Shown here: piece by piece, positions 40,753-50,851 of the stretch
Layout of the letters: every line of letters begins with the position of its first letter
How positions within the stretch are numbered: position 1 is the first letter of the stretch
From: Nitrospirota bacterium
GTDB lineage: Bacteria; Nitrospirota; UBA9217
NCBI GenBank assembly: GCA_963845065.1
Contig: CAWJQQ010000002.1
Location: 32,001-96,000 of the forward strand
DNA length: 64,000 nt
Direction of reading: 5' to 3'
Translations under genes and position numbers: made by a program
Notes under the pieces: model-generated
What the model was told of the DNA's origin: nothing
Database searches by the model: none
Seen by the model: the letters and a program-made list of their open reading frames with translations, nothing else

Positions 40753-41148
40753 TTACTCCTCCGAGGAGATGAAAAACGAAAAACATATTACCTGGGCATT
40801 ACTCCGCCTGCTATGCAAGCATTTTGCTGCTTAATGAGACCTACTCAACCATTGGTTATATATCCATAAAAATAGCGCTGGAATAAAAAAGGTGTCATGA
40901 AATGTAACCTCCAAGTAAGGCATGCCGCTTCAGAATCATCAATTCATTGCGATAAGTGAACGGTATCTGGTGAAAATCAATATTATCTTACGCACCGGTA
41001 GTACGGTTCGCACTGATCGCTCTGCACAAATCGGCACACCAGGGCACCAAGTCCGCAGCCATTCCGCATCCTATCGCCTTACTGCAATACACGGCACTAA
41101 TAATAAAAAAAGTCCACGGTATCGATCGTGAAATCAAACCAATTTGCA

Positions 41149-41370
41149 TCAGAATTGTATCTGGCAGCGCTTGGCATTGTTTTCGTCTTTGATCCAAAGC
41201 AGGACCTTCTTCGATCGGGCGCACCAATCCCGAACGTCTGCTTCAAAGGTCGGGCAGTCCGCCTTTACATCAAGTACGTCGCCGGGTTTTACTTTGACCG
41301 CGGCCACCGTAATCTTGAGTATGGGCACCGGACACTTAAGTCCGCACGTATCGAGTGACTGAATAGCCAT
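41149..41370 (-). CDS. tusA: TusA family sulfur carrier
   Basis: LDTCGLKCPVP..GDVLDVKADCP..DVRDWC. Confidence 0.85.
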   Translation of the reverse strand: MAIQSLDTCGLKCPVPILKITVAAVKVKPGDVLDVKADCPTFEADVRDWCARSKKVLLWIKDENNAKRCQIQF

Positions 41371-41382
41371 ACTGATTCCTCC

Positions 41383-41841
41383 TTATAGTGATGGATTTGC
41401 AACCCTGCTCATTTTACTGGAGATCCTGCTTTTTTTCAACGGTCCCAATGCCTTTATCGTTTCAACCATGTTCGTGATCACCTCGACGAATTTATCTCCC
41501 TCGCTGGCCGAGACGAAGTCCAATCGGCACCGTTCTTTTTCTATGCCGAGCTGTTTGAGTATCTTTAAAAGAATCCGGTGACGCTGGATTGCCCGGAAAT
41601 TCCCTTCCTTGTAATGGCAGTCGCCGGGATGGCAGCCGAGAATGATGACGCCGTCGGCCCCCTTTTCAAAGGATGAGAGAACGAACTGGGGGTCCACCCT
41701 TCCGCTGCACATCACCTTGATGACGTTCACGTTAGGCGGATAATGTCTTTGCGCACTGCCCGCCTTGTCCGCTCCGGCGTAGGAGCACCAGTTGCAGAGG
41801 AATCCGACGATCTTCGGTTCAAATCCCTCTAGAGCCCTCAT
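41383..41841 (-). CDS. mvhD: MvhD/FlpD [2Fe-2S] subunit
   Basis: FLCNWCSYAGAD, MCSGRVDP, GCHPGDCHY. Confidence 0.95.
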   Translation of the reverse strand: MRALEGFEPKIVGFLCNWCSYAGADKAGSAQRHYPPNVNVIKVMCSGRVDPQFVLSSFEKGADGVIILGCHPGDCHYKEGNFRAIQRHRILLKILKQLGIEKERCRLDFVSASEGDKFVEVITNMVETIKALGPLKKSRISSKMSRVANPSL

Positions 41842-43796
41842 TTCAGCACCTCTTCTATTTCCGACAGGATTTCTTCATTCGTGAAATGATTTCCCTTGAT
41901 CGAACCCGTCGGGCAGGCTGCCACGCAGGTGCCGCACCCCTGGCACAGTACGTCATTGACGGCAGCAACCTCCTTTTCCGCATCAAAGGATATGGCTTTA
42001 TACGGACAGACGGACACGCATATTCTGCAGCCGGAACACTTGTCTTCGTCCACCTCGGCGTTTATCGGTTGGATTTCGAGCTTTCTCCCCACGACCAGGC
42101 CGGAAAGAATGTATCCGGCGGCGGCCATTCCCTGGCTCATTGCCTTCTGGATATCCATGGGCGACTGACAGGCGCCCGCAAGGTATATCCCTTTGATCTT
42201 ACTCTGCGCAGAATCCAATCTCCCGTGCAGTTCCTCGTAGAAACCGAACTTGTCCTGTTTCGTCTCGAGAACGGCACCGAGATTCCCCGCATTTCCCGTC
42301 GGCACAACGGCCGGACAGAGTACGATCATATCCGCGGACGCGGCTCCGTCTTTACCTTCGGCGTTCTTAAAGGCTATTTGCTTTTTCCCCGCTTTTTCCG
42401 AAACGGAAAGGTTCCGGATATCGCTGTACCTTATGAAAACTGAGTTCGGATTGCTCTTCGCATGCTGATACAGGCCAAACTCCTCCTTGCCAGGGATAGA
42501 GAGTTCCTTGTAAAAATGGTAGACCTTAGTGCCGGGGAGTTTCTTTCCGATGAGATGGTTAAACTTGAACGCATATTGGCAACAGATTCCGGAGCAATAT
42601 TCCTTGTGATTCTGATCAAGGCTGCCTACGCAATGTACGATGGCAACGCTTTCCGGGGCCTTTCCCTCCGATGTCTTGAGCAGACCTTCGGTCGGGCCGT
42701 TCGCTGCCATGATCCTTTCAAGCTCTAAGCTTGTATAAACATCGGGAAGCGTTCCGTAATGGAGGTTCGGGACCTTCCTGCAATCGTACAGATCCGACCC
42801 CACCGCTACGACGATTGCGCCGATAGTACGTTCTATTACTTTCTCCGCATCAACAAATATGATTGCGTCATCGACCGGGCACGCTTCCTTGCACTTTTCA
42901 CATTTCTCGCCCTTAAATCTCACGCAAAGTCGTTCGTCGATATACGGCAGGTTGGGAAGCGCCCCTGTAAACGGGAACGAAATCGCTTTTCGGTCGTCCA
43001 TATCGCAATTGAACGGGTTTTTCGCGCCGACGGGGCAAGCCCCGACGCATTCCGCGCACCCTATGCAGGAATGTGAAACATGCCTGGGCTTCTGGGTGAT
43101 CTTTGCGGTAAAATTGCCATAGGAACCCACAACTTCGGCCACCTCGGCCAAAGTCAGCAATTCAATCTTGTCCGCATGAGGGCCGTGCAGAATATCGCCC
43201 ATCAGCGGTTCCAGCATGCACGAACCGCACTCCATGTTCGGGGATACTTCCTCAAACCGCACGGGCAGGCCGCCGATTGCCGGGGATTTTTCGACGAGCA
43301 CAACCTTCCTCCCGGATTCCGCAATGGTCATGGCCGTCTTGAGGCCGGAGGGTCCAGCGCCGATCACCATCACATCGGTGCAGACATCAATTTCTTTTTT
43401 CATCAGTGGCGATTGGCGCGCTACGCGGCTTACGGCGGCGCGTATGTACCTCGTCGCTTTTTTGCCGGCTTGATCCCGGTCTTCCGTAACCCAGCCCACT
43501 TGCTCCCGCATATTCACCATCTGCATCAGGTATGGATTTATGCCCGCCTTCGACAATACCCGCATGAACGTGCCCTCGTGTTCCCGTGGCGAACATGCTG
43601 AGACTACAACGCGGTCAACTTTATTTTCGGCGAGGTCTTTTGCGAGTGTGTCCTTTCCGTCCTCCGAACAGAGAAAATCCACGGTTTGAAAATGAATACC
43701 CGGAAATTGTTGGAGGAGTTTGGCCTTGATCTCTCCGGAGTCGATCTTGTCGGAGATATTCGCGCCACAATTGCAAAAATAGACGCCGATCTTCAT
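41838..43796 (-). CDS. hdrA: Heterodisulfide reductase subunit A
   Basis: MKIGVYFCNCG.NI, ACSP, N.REQ, GAGPSG, CVGS..YCSGICC, two ferredoxin-type domains; start at ATG 43796. Confidence 0.95.
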   Translation of the reverse strand: MKIGVYFCNCGANISDKIDSGEIKAKLLQQFPGIHFQTVDFLCSEDGKDTLAKDLAENKVDRVVVSACSPREHEGTFMRVLSKAGINPYLMQMVNMREQVGWVTEDRDQAGKKATRYIRAAVSRVARQSPLMKKEIDVCTDVMVIGAGPSGLKTAMTIAESGRKVVLVEKSPAIGGLPVRFEEVSPNMECGSCMLEPLMGDILHGPHADKIELLTLAEVAEVVGSYGNFTAKITQKPRHVSHSCIGCAECVGACPVGAKNPFNCDMDDRKAISFPFTGALPNLPYIDERLCVRFKGEKCEKCKEACPVDDAIIFVDAEKVIERTIGAIVVAVGSDLYDCRKVPNLHYGTLPDVYTSLELERIMAANGPTEGLLKTSEGKAPESVAIVHCVGSLDQNHKEYCSGICCQYAFKFNHLIGKKLPGTKVYHFYKELSIPGKEEFGLYQHAKSNPNSVFIRYSDIRNLSVSEKAGKKQIAFKNAEGKDGAASADMIVLCPAVVPTGNAGNLGAVLETKQDKFGFYEELHGRLDSAQSKIKGIYLAGACQSPMDIQKAMSQGMAAAGYILSGLVVGRKLEIQPINAEVDEDKCSGCRICVSVCPYKAISFDAEKEVAAVNDVLCQGCGTCVAACPTGSIKGNHFTNEEILSEIEEVLK

Positions 43797-44293
43797 AACA
43801 CCACCCCGTCTGAATAGTGGTTCAGGTCCTTTATGATTTCCTCGACTGCCAGGGGGACCGACCGAAAGACCGCGTCGGTCAGTCTCTCGCTGAACGATTC
43901 CACGTCGCTTGCTTCGATCCCCCATACTCTGACTTTGGAAGGAAGGTGGACTCCCAGCATCCGGCCGAGTTCAAGTGCAGTGTCCAGATTAGTGTCATGG
44001 GTGCAGACGATGTTCCTGGTCGAACAAAGGTCATATGCGGAAAGAGGAATGATCGTGCCGGGTTGATGTCTGCCGGTCACCATGGCATCTATAATCCATG
44101 CCCGATCATAGCCGGTCATCGCGTCCATGAGCCGGATGCCTCCAGCGTAAACCTCCTTGACATCGACCTCACTCGCCGTCTCGCCGGCATCACCCCGCAG
44201 GCGCAAGCGATCCCTGATTTTCCGGGAGACGATAACCCCTACACTGTCGTCGCCCAAAATAGGATTGCCTAGTCCGATAATGACTGTTTTCAT
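43793..44293 (-). CDS. Hydrogenase maturation protease
   Basis: IGLGNPILGDDSVG..IIDA..THD. Confidence 0.9.
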   Translation of the reverse strand: MKTVIIGLGNPILGDDSVGVIVSRKIRDRLRLRGDAGETASEVDVKEVYAGGIRLMDAMTGYDRAWIIDAMVTGRHQPGTIIPLSAYDLCSTRNIVCTHDTNLDTALELGRMLGVHLPSKVRVWGIEASDVESFSERLTDAVFRSVPLAVEEIIKDLNHYSDGVVL

Positions 44294-44358
44294 CAATTTG
44301 TTGTGGCATGGATACCCTAACCTACCCGCAGGGAGGTTGGGGAGGAATTGCCATGCTG

Positions 44359-45594
44359 CTACGCAGCCATCCTTGCACTTCTCCTCTCAATTAAGAGTGT
44401 TGATGCCCGTTCCAGGAGCATCAAATCGTGATACTTTGCCGATGCATGAATCTTTGTCCCATTCAGCGTTCGAATGTCGAAATATCCAGTTGAGCGTCTT
44501 CCAAAGATAAATCCGTCGATTCTATTGAACCTAACCTTGTCGTATCTTCGGAATCCAAATAATGCGCGGGGTGCAGTGTTCTTAATATGACTCCGCTCTC
44601 CCTTGAACAGTTTTCTGTTGCACTTACGAACCTGCTGCATGCTAAATACGTCTTTTGACCGTTCCTGAATGGATCCATCGGCAATTACGAATGCGTCGTT
44701 AACATGGGATTTTTCAAGCCCCAGCCGCTTTCTGCCTAGCTTCGTAAGGTATCCATATGTATGTTCCGTATTGTAGCCTCGATTCCTCAGGCTATCGACC
44801 AGTTTCCAGCGGACCATAGACATGAACGTCTCAGCTTTGAACCCGTTTGATGGCTTTGATTTAAGCACGATTTCGCCGATTGTCGACTTCCCATGACAGG
44901 TTTTGCAAAGCGTTACCAAATTTTCCGGCCTATCTCCGCCCGTTTGGCGGGATTCCTTGTGATGCACTTCAAGGACGGGGTCTTTTGTTTTCCCCTTACA
45001 ATGCGTGCATTGGTGTCCGTCGCGATAGAGGACATACTCACGCACGTTCCAGAACCCCTTCTGGTCTCCGTTCTGGTACCCCGTACCAGAGATCTCAGGA
45101 TTCTTTATCTTTTGTATATCGAACGCTGCAACTTCGACGGTTACGTTCGCTACGGGAAGAATGGTATTTACCTGGTCAATAAGCTTGATGTGACTATCCA
45201 GTTTATGCTGCATGGACGGCGCAAGCCATCCCTCAGGTTTTTTCCGGTTAAAGAAGCGCGGCTGCCTGTACCACGTCTTGCGGTTGCGTCTGCTTCTCCG
45301 GTATGTTCGCCTTTCCGAATTCAGTTTGACCATGTCCTCCCGGAGCTTAACGTCAGCTGAATATACTTCTCGCTTTTTCGTTACCGCTGACAATCCGACA
45401 TTTACGTATCCGGAGTCAACGCCAAGTATCACCTGCTGCACCGTTTCGCCAGTCGCTGTTGTAAGTTGGATGGTGAATGGCGTCCTTTTGAATACCTTTG
45501 CTTTGCAGCTTTTCAGTAGCAGCCGCGCTGTTCTTGGCGAACAAGGCATCAGAGGTTCGCCTCTCTTGTTTAAAACAAAGACAGATACTCTCAA
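44359..45594 (-). CDS. iscB: RNA-guided endonuclease IscB
   Basis: TTG start after GGAAGGAG; PLMP motif; RuvC GVDSG/VEVA/HVNDA; Arg-rich bridge helix; HNH (EVHH..NLVTLCKTCH). Confidence 0.92.
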   Translation of the reverse strand: MRVSVFVLNKRGEPLMPCSPRTARLLLKSCKAKVFKRTPFTIQLTTATGETVQQVILGVDSGYVNVGLSAVTKKREVYSADVKLREDMVKLNSERRTYRRSRRNRKTWYRQPRFFNRKKPEGWLAPSMQHKLDSHIKLIDQVNTILPVANVTVEVAAFDIQKIKNPEISGTGYQNGDQKGFWNVREYVLYRDGHQCTHCKGKTKDPVLEVHHKESRQTGGDRPENLVTLCKTCHGKSTIGEIVLKSKPSNGFKAETFMSMVRWKLVDSLRNRGYNTEHTYGYLTKLGRKRLGLEKSHVNDAFVIADGSIQERSKDVFSMQQVRKCNRKLFKGERSHIKNTAPRALFGFRRYDKVRFNRIDGFIFGRRSTGYFDIRTLNGTKIHASAKYHDLMLLERASTLLIERRSARMAA

Positions 45595-45599
45595 GTTCT

Positions 45600-45857
45600 G
45601 TTCTCCTTCCGGAGTTGCAGTCGTACCGACCTGCGCCGCATCGGGGTTGTTGTAATGGCTTGTCGAGCCGGCAACACCGTCCGTAACCCTATAGGACATT
45701 TAATCACCGGCGGCAGTTGCATGGAACGTGCGGAATATCCCATGGTGCCATGACCAAAACAACTTCTGCTGACTTAACCTAGACCAGCCCCCTAGTCAAT
45801 TGGCTCTTACAAGCCCCCACTACAATCACAACGCTGATTTAGTGGCGGGTAATTGAC
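45600..45857 (-). ncRNA. IscB omegaRNA (HEARO-like) scaffold
   Basis: GTCAA..TTGAC outer stem, GGGGCTTG, CATGG/CCATG hairpin, located directly upstream of iscB; boundaries approximate. Confidence 0.75.
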
Positions 45858-45862
45858 AGCAC

Positions 45863-47350
45863 CTAGTCCCGCCGGAACGTCTTGACGATGTCTCCGCGGC
45901 TGTCCTTGATGGTCACTTTGAGCGGCATCTGGCCGATGATGGAATGCGTGGCGCAGGAAAGGCACGGATCATACAGCCGGAAGGCCATCTCTATCATGTT
46001 CAACACGCTTTCCTCGACGATCTTGCCCTTTGAAATCAGTTTTTGCGCAGCCTTCTTGATCGACATGGTCATCGGCGCATAATTGTTTGTTGTGCCGACA
46101 ATCATGTTCACCTTCGTCAGCACACCCTTGCTGTCGCTTTCATAATGGTGGGTCAGCGTACCGCGGGGCGCTTCTACGGAACCTATCCCGACGCCGGCAA
46201 TCTTCCCGGGAATATTTCTCACATGAGGCGACGTTATCTCAGGATCCTCAGCAAGCTCCAGCATTCGTTCCGCCGCATACAAGAGCTCGATCAGACGCGC
46301 CCAGTGCGTTGCAAGCCGGAAATGAATCGGCTGACGCCTGCCATTGACCTCTTTTGCGCCAAAGGTATCGTACATCCGTTCGAAATGCTCCTGCGCCAAT
46401 GGTGTTGCCATGCTGTCGGACACATTCAGGCGTGCAAGCGGGGTAGCGGCATAGACCCCGCTGTCAATACCGTCGACAAACCCCTTCCAGCCCACTTTCT
46501 TGAGATAGGGGAATTTCAAGTATGTCCATGACTCAACTCGCTCGGCGATATGGCCTGCGTAATCGGACGGGTGATATTTGACGAACTCCTTCCCGTCGGG
46601 GTCCACAACCCGGATCTTCCCGTCATAGAAGTTGGCCCGGTTATTGTCATCAACTGTTCCCATATAGTATGTTTTATGGATATATATATCGGACGTCACA
46701 AGGTCAAGATATTTCGGATTTTTCAGGACGATATCATCGAATATCCTTAGCGTAAAGAGCGCAAACTCAATGTTCTTTTTCGCGACAGACTCTATCTCCT
46801 TCCGTTCCTCCTCCGTCACGCTTTTCGACCATCCTCCGGGCAAACCGCCGACAAGATGAATGCCTCGTCCCCCCAGTTGCTCAATGACATGGTGGTTTCG
46901 CGACCTGCACTCGATGACCTGCCTGCCGACATCAAGACCGACTTTTTTTATGACACCTAATACATTTCGCTCAAGGGGCGGCGCATCGGGGCCCAAAATA
47001 AAATCTGGTCCGCCGAGGGCGTAAAAATGAGTAGTGTGGTCCGTCACATAGAATGACGCATACAGGAGTTCACGGATTTTTTTCGCTGCTGAAGTCGGCT
47101 CCACACCGAAGAGCATGTCGAGCGCTTTGACGGATGCCATATGGTGGGCCTCGGGGCAGACCCCGCATATCCGGTTGGTAATGACCGGCATGTCCTCCGC
47201 AAGTCTCCCCACGCAAAACTGCTCAAAGCCCCTGAGTTCCGGCACCTGAAAATACGTGTCAGCAACATCCCCTTCCTCGTTTAGAAATATTTCTATTTTG
47301 CCGTGCCCCTCAAGACGTGTGATCGGATCGATGCTTATTGTTTTTGTCAT
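45863..47350 (-). CDS. mvhA: [NiFe] hydrogenase large subunit, group 3c (MvhA-like)
   Basis: TRLEGH, ELRGFE, RICGVC, EAPRG, YDPCLSCATH plus a cleavable tail. Confidence 0.92.
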   Translation of the reverse strand: MTKTISIDPITRLEGHGKIEIFLNEEGDVADTYFQVPELRGFEQFCVGRLAEDMPVITNRICGVCPEAHHMASVKALDMLFGVEPTSAAKKIRELLYASFYVTDHTTHFYALGGPDFILGPDAPPLERNVLGVIKKVGLDVGRQVIECRSRNHHVIEQLGGRGIHLVGGLPGGWSKSVTEEERKEIESVAKKNIEFALFTLRIFDDIVLKNPKYLDLVTSDIYIHKTYYMGTVDDNNRANFYDGKIRVVDPDGKEFVKYHPSDYAGHIAERVESWTYLKFPYLKKVGWKGFVDGIDSGVYAATPLARLNVSDSMATPLAQEHFERMYDTFGAKEVNGRRQPIHFRLATHWARLIELLYAAERMLELAEDPEITSPHVRNIPGKIAGVGIGSVEAPRGTLTHHYESDSKGVLTKVNMIVGTTNNYAPMTMSIKKAAQKLISKGKIVEESVLNMIEMAFRLYDPCLSCATHSIIGQMPLKVTIKDSRGDIVKTFRRD

Positions 47351-48336
47351 TCGATCTTTCCCTTCACGATGGAGCCCGGCAAGCTGTACTTGTAAAACGT
47401 GCCTGCGTAATCAGGGATGGAATCGAGAATGGCATCGATCTTCAGGTTGATTTCATCGTCCGACAGCCCCTTTGGATCTCCGATATCGATTACTGATCCG
47501 AGCGCAGCGATCATTTTGGCGCCCTGGTCCAGGACGCCTTCCGGAGGGCCATAGCAGCCAGTGCAGGGCATGTTCACCTTGGGACATAGTGCCCCGCAGC
47601 CGTTGCGAGTTGCAATGCCCATGCAGATCAGGCCCTGTTCCAGCAGGCACTTTTCTTTTTCGGGGATGATTTCAAAGGTCCGGTGAAACTTTGCGATTCG
47701 CTTATCCTCTTTCTTGCGTTCGCATTCATCACATACCGACGACTTCCCCGCCCCTAAGACGCTCCCTTTTGGCGGAAGGGCTGACCCGGCTATGACAGCG
47801 CTTACCACGTTCCATATCTGCGCCGGCTCCGGGGGACATCCCGGAATGTAAAAATCCACGTCTGTGACCTCGTTCAGCGTTTTCGCTTTGCCGTAAAACT
47901 TTGGCAGATGCAGCATCCCGTATTTTACCGGTGTTTCCGGCCGGGGCATGATATTTTCAGGATTGTCGATCGTCGGATTGTCTAGATAGACTGTCCTCAG
48001 GATGTCTTTTGCGGAGTGAAGATTGGCAATGCCTGGCACGCCGCCTGTGGAAGAGCATGCGCCGAATGCTATCATTGTTTTTGACTTTTTCCGAAGAAGC
48101 TGCGCCATTTCTGCGTTCTCCGTAGTCCGGATAGCTCCGTTAAACAGCGTGACTGCGATATCGCCGTCGGGCAGGGCTTCGATATCCTTTTTTTTCGTGT
48201 CGAGGAGGCACGGACAAAACATGAAGTTGAAGTTGGCGTCAACGTCGAGAATCTTTTCATGCAGGTTGACGACTGCGACTTCACACCCGCCGCAGGACGA
48301 CGCCCAATACAGGCTTAATTTAGGCTTTGCCGTCAA
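47347..48336 (-). CDS. mvhG: [NiFe] hydrogenase small subunit (MvhG-like)
   Basis: SCGGC, GAC, PGCPP, C..C, CLLEQG..C.G..C.GC.GP. Confidence 0.92.
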   Translation of the reverse strand: MTAKPKLSLYWASSCGGCEVAVVNLHEKILDVDANFNFMFCPCLLDTKKKDIEALPDGDIAVTLFNGAIRTTENAEMAQLLRKKSKTMIAFGACSSTGGVPGIANLHSAKDILRTVYLDNPTIDNPENIMPRPETPVKYGMLHLPKFYGKAKTLNEVTDVDFYIPGCPPEPAQIWNVVSAVIAGSALPPKGSVLGAGKSSVCDECERKKEDKRIAKFHRTFEIIPEKEKCLLEQGLICMGIATRNGCGALCPKVNMPCTGCYGPPEGVLDQGAKMIAALGSVIDIGDPKGLSDDEINLKIDAILDSIPDYAGTFYKYSLPGSIVKGKIE

Positions 48337-48350
48337 CTGCTACCTCCTGG

Positions 48351-49694
48351 TTATAATGAATAGGAATTTACCACCGTTGAGGCCTTGTCCAGGGAATCAA
48401 CCATCTTGATCACAAATTCATTCAGACTGGCGGTCGTCAATGCAATCGTGTCCGATTTTGACGATATATTTTGGGCGGAGGTGTTCAGATCATTCATTGA
48501 GACGCTCTGTTCCTCCACGGCCGCCGTAAGGCTATCAAACCCATCTTTTATCTGTACTGTTTCCTTCTGAATTTTTGCGTTGGACTCGACTACCTGCGAC
48601 ACGATTGCCGACCCCGCTTCCACCCTCTCCTCGGTTTCCTTGATAAGGCCGGCCACCTGCTGAGTTGCATTTGCAACCTTGTCCGCCAGCTTTCTCACCT
48701 CATCAGCGACAACGGCAAACCCCCGCCCTTGTTCCCCGGCGCGTGCGGCCTCGATGGCAGCGTTCAACGCAAGAAGATTCGTCTGGTTTGCAATTTCATT
48801 AATGACGCCGAGGATGGTGGTAATCTGCTTCGTACTCTCCTGTATCTTTTGTATTGAATCGGCCAAGGACGTGATCTCATGAGTAATAACGGTGATATCG
48901 CTTACGATGCCTTCAATGCTGCCCTTGGATGTCGCGCCGATTTTCGCAATGGAGGTGATGGTATTTGTATTTTCTCCGACGGCCCGCAACATCGACTCAA
49001 GTTCGGTCTTCGGTCCTTGCGTAGAGCCGCCGAGATCAGCGGCAAGACCCACTACATTGCCAAGCACGGTCGCCGCTTCTATCAGGGAATCCTTTATGGT
49101 CTTTAAATCGACCCCAACGGTAGAATTCATAGCATTTTCATATTCCGCAAGGTAATTGCATAACGCCGAGGCGCCCCCATTGTCTTCCGGTGCAATGATT
49201 ATTTTACGGGTTTGCGAAAGGTCACGTTTTTTCAGGAGAGCTATTGCGTTATTGATTTCTTCATGGTTCTTGATGCAGGGAAAGGATTTATTCAAACTCC
49301 GGATAATACCGCCGAAACCGTTTGAAGGAATATCCGCATCGGCCGCTGTCGAGCGTTGATGGTTGAAGTCGGATGAAACATAATCCTTCAGTCTTTGAGA
49401 CGGGGTGATGAATTTCCTTTTTATCAGAAAGCCCACCGCAACCATCGCCCCCGCATAAAACGCCAGGGAAACAATCGCAGAGGCAGTCCTGATTGATTCG
49501 GCATTGCCGCGCAATTTCTCCAAATCCGGCAATCCCGATCCGGCCGCTGATTTCATACCCGCCTCATACTGGTCGATTATTTTCCCGGTAGTCTGCATCT
49601 GATAGGCTGTCATCGTGATAAATATAGCCGAGAGCAATAAAAATAACAATCCAAAACTCACAGTCAATCCGCCGGCCACGGAGTTATTTTTCAT
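48351..49694 (-). CDS. Methyl-accepting chemotaxis protein
   Basis: Two TM helices, short periplasmic loop, [37 protein letters not shown]. Confidence 0.9.
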   Translation of the reverse strand: MKNNSVAGGLTVSFGLLFLLLSAIFITMTAYQMQTTGKIIDQYEAGMKSAAGSGLPDLEKLRGNAESIRTASAIVSLAFYAGAMVAVGFLIKRKFITPSQRLKDYVSSDFNHQRSTAADADIPSNGFGGIIRSLNKSFPCIKNHEEINNAIALLKKRDLSQTRKIIIAPEDNGGASALCNYLAEYENAMNSTVGVDLKTIKDSLIEAATVLGNVVGLAADLGGSTQGPKTELESMLRAVGENTNTITSIAKIGATSKGSIEGIVSDITVITHEITSLADSIQKIQESTKQITTILGVINEIANQTNLLALNAAIEAARAGEQGRGFAVVADEVRKLADKVANATQQVAGLIKETEERVEAGSAIVSQVVESNAKIQKETVQIKDGFDSLTAAVEEQSVSMNDLNTSAQNISSKSDTIALTTASLNEFVIKMVDSLDKASTVVNSYSL

Positions 49695-50070
49695 TTAGTA
49701 TTCTCCTCATGATTTTGCATTTTCTTATTGGCATGAAGTGCCTCACCTTCGATTTCTCCGTGACAGATAATTTCCGGCAGAATATGCGGCATAAATAGTT
49801 CCACTGTCGAGTTGCAATATGTGTTTTGCGATAGCGTGCGGTGACGCAAAAGGTGTCATCGATCTCTTCACCTTCCGGTCGCTTATTGTCCTAGGAAATG
49901 CGGTTTTGTCCTCAAATCATTTGGAATTTATATTTGCAAGAGCCGACATGCGACGGTGCGGCGGCCGGACGAGTTAATACGTACTAATCCACTGCTGGTC
50001 GATCATTCATAAAAAGCCTCATCTCCCGCTGGGAAAACAGTCCGGCGCACCGAGCGCTTCCTTTATATAC

Positions 50071-50097
50071 TCATCGTCATAGTTGGTATTAACTTTA
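50071..50097 (-). promoter_or_regulatory. Putative sigma28 (FliA) promoter facing the MCP-hydrogenase operon
   Basis: TAAA-15 nt (starting GTT)-GACGATGA versus consensus TAAA-N15-GCCGATAA. Confidence 0.4.
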
Positions 50098-50580
50098 GTG
50101 TTTTCTTTTGCATCATCCTCATTTCAAAGCAAAATTTCTTTTTTTTCTGATCTCTTCAACATGAACAATGGCCAAGCCACATACTAGGGACTGGGGCATG
50201 ATGACTGACTTGTCATGCACAAGAATCCCTATTATGCGAAGGCATGTCCAGAGAAATTGAGTAATAATCCATAACCCACTGCAATTTTTGTGATCGGGAA
50301 CATCCCCACCGCCCTATGGAAATTTAGGGTGCGGGCAAACCATATACCACCACCAATTGGCGAAAAGTTAAAGAAATCGAAGATAAGGGTGACTTTATCT
50401 GATGTCAGGCATTATGACGCAGGAGTTTTATTGCAATTAAAGGAAATTTTTTAATACCGACAAGTTGCGTTTAGCCAAGGCTAAAACGAAGTGCAGCATT
50501 TAAGATAGCCTGAATACCCCAAGTGTTGCAATTTAACCGCAGTGTTGGTGCAATTATTATTCGAATAGAACCGCCGTTAT

Positions 50581-50607
50581 TAAAGATTTTCAGAAAATAG
50601 CCGAAAC
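50581..50607 (+). promoter_or_regulatory. Putative sigma28 promoter of the chemosensory operon
   Basis: TAAA-15-GCCGAAAC. Confidence 0.45.
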
Positions 50608-50757
50608 TATTATTGCGATACATTCTAGAAAATAAGAAAAGTATGGGACATTAACGATTCATCTGCTAAATGGCAATGCCTGACGCGTCAGCGGGCAATC
50701 AATAAGAGAAGTATGTCAGATTCGCGATTAACGACTAAAAAATAACACATTCATGGT

Positions 50758-50773
50758 CGGCACAGCTCTTGCC
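50758..50773 (+). promoter_or_regulatory. Putative sigma54 promoter
   Basis: CGGCAC-N5-TTGC (GG-N10-GC). Confidence 0.5.
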
Positions 50774-50851
50774 GTGCTAGATAGTTGGGTAAAATTCGGC
50801 CGCGTTGCATGATAGACAAGAGGCATACACTATTCATGTCTCCACAAGCAA

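Larger units (their letters stand above)
44294..45857 (-). mobile_element. IS200/IS605-superfamily IscB (OMEGA) element
   Basis: Begins GTCAATTACCCGCC; omegaRNA-like leader; iscB; terminal AATTCCTCCCC..GGGTATCC hairpin abutting the protease ATG. The 3' boundary is uncertain by 1-2 nt. Confidence 0.85.

Noticed and set aside
43797..43925. N-terminal extension of HdrA
   Set aside because: Overlaps the protease gene; HdrA homology starts at MKIGVYFC.
45595..45699. 35-aa N-terminal extension of IscB in the ORF track
   Set aside because: Lies within the omegaRNA; the RBS and PLMP position support the TTG at 45594.
41383..47350. Selenocysteine in MvhA, MvhD or HdrA
   Set aside because: All the usual Sec positions are Cys codons in uninterrupted ORFs.
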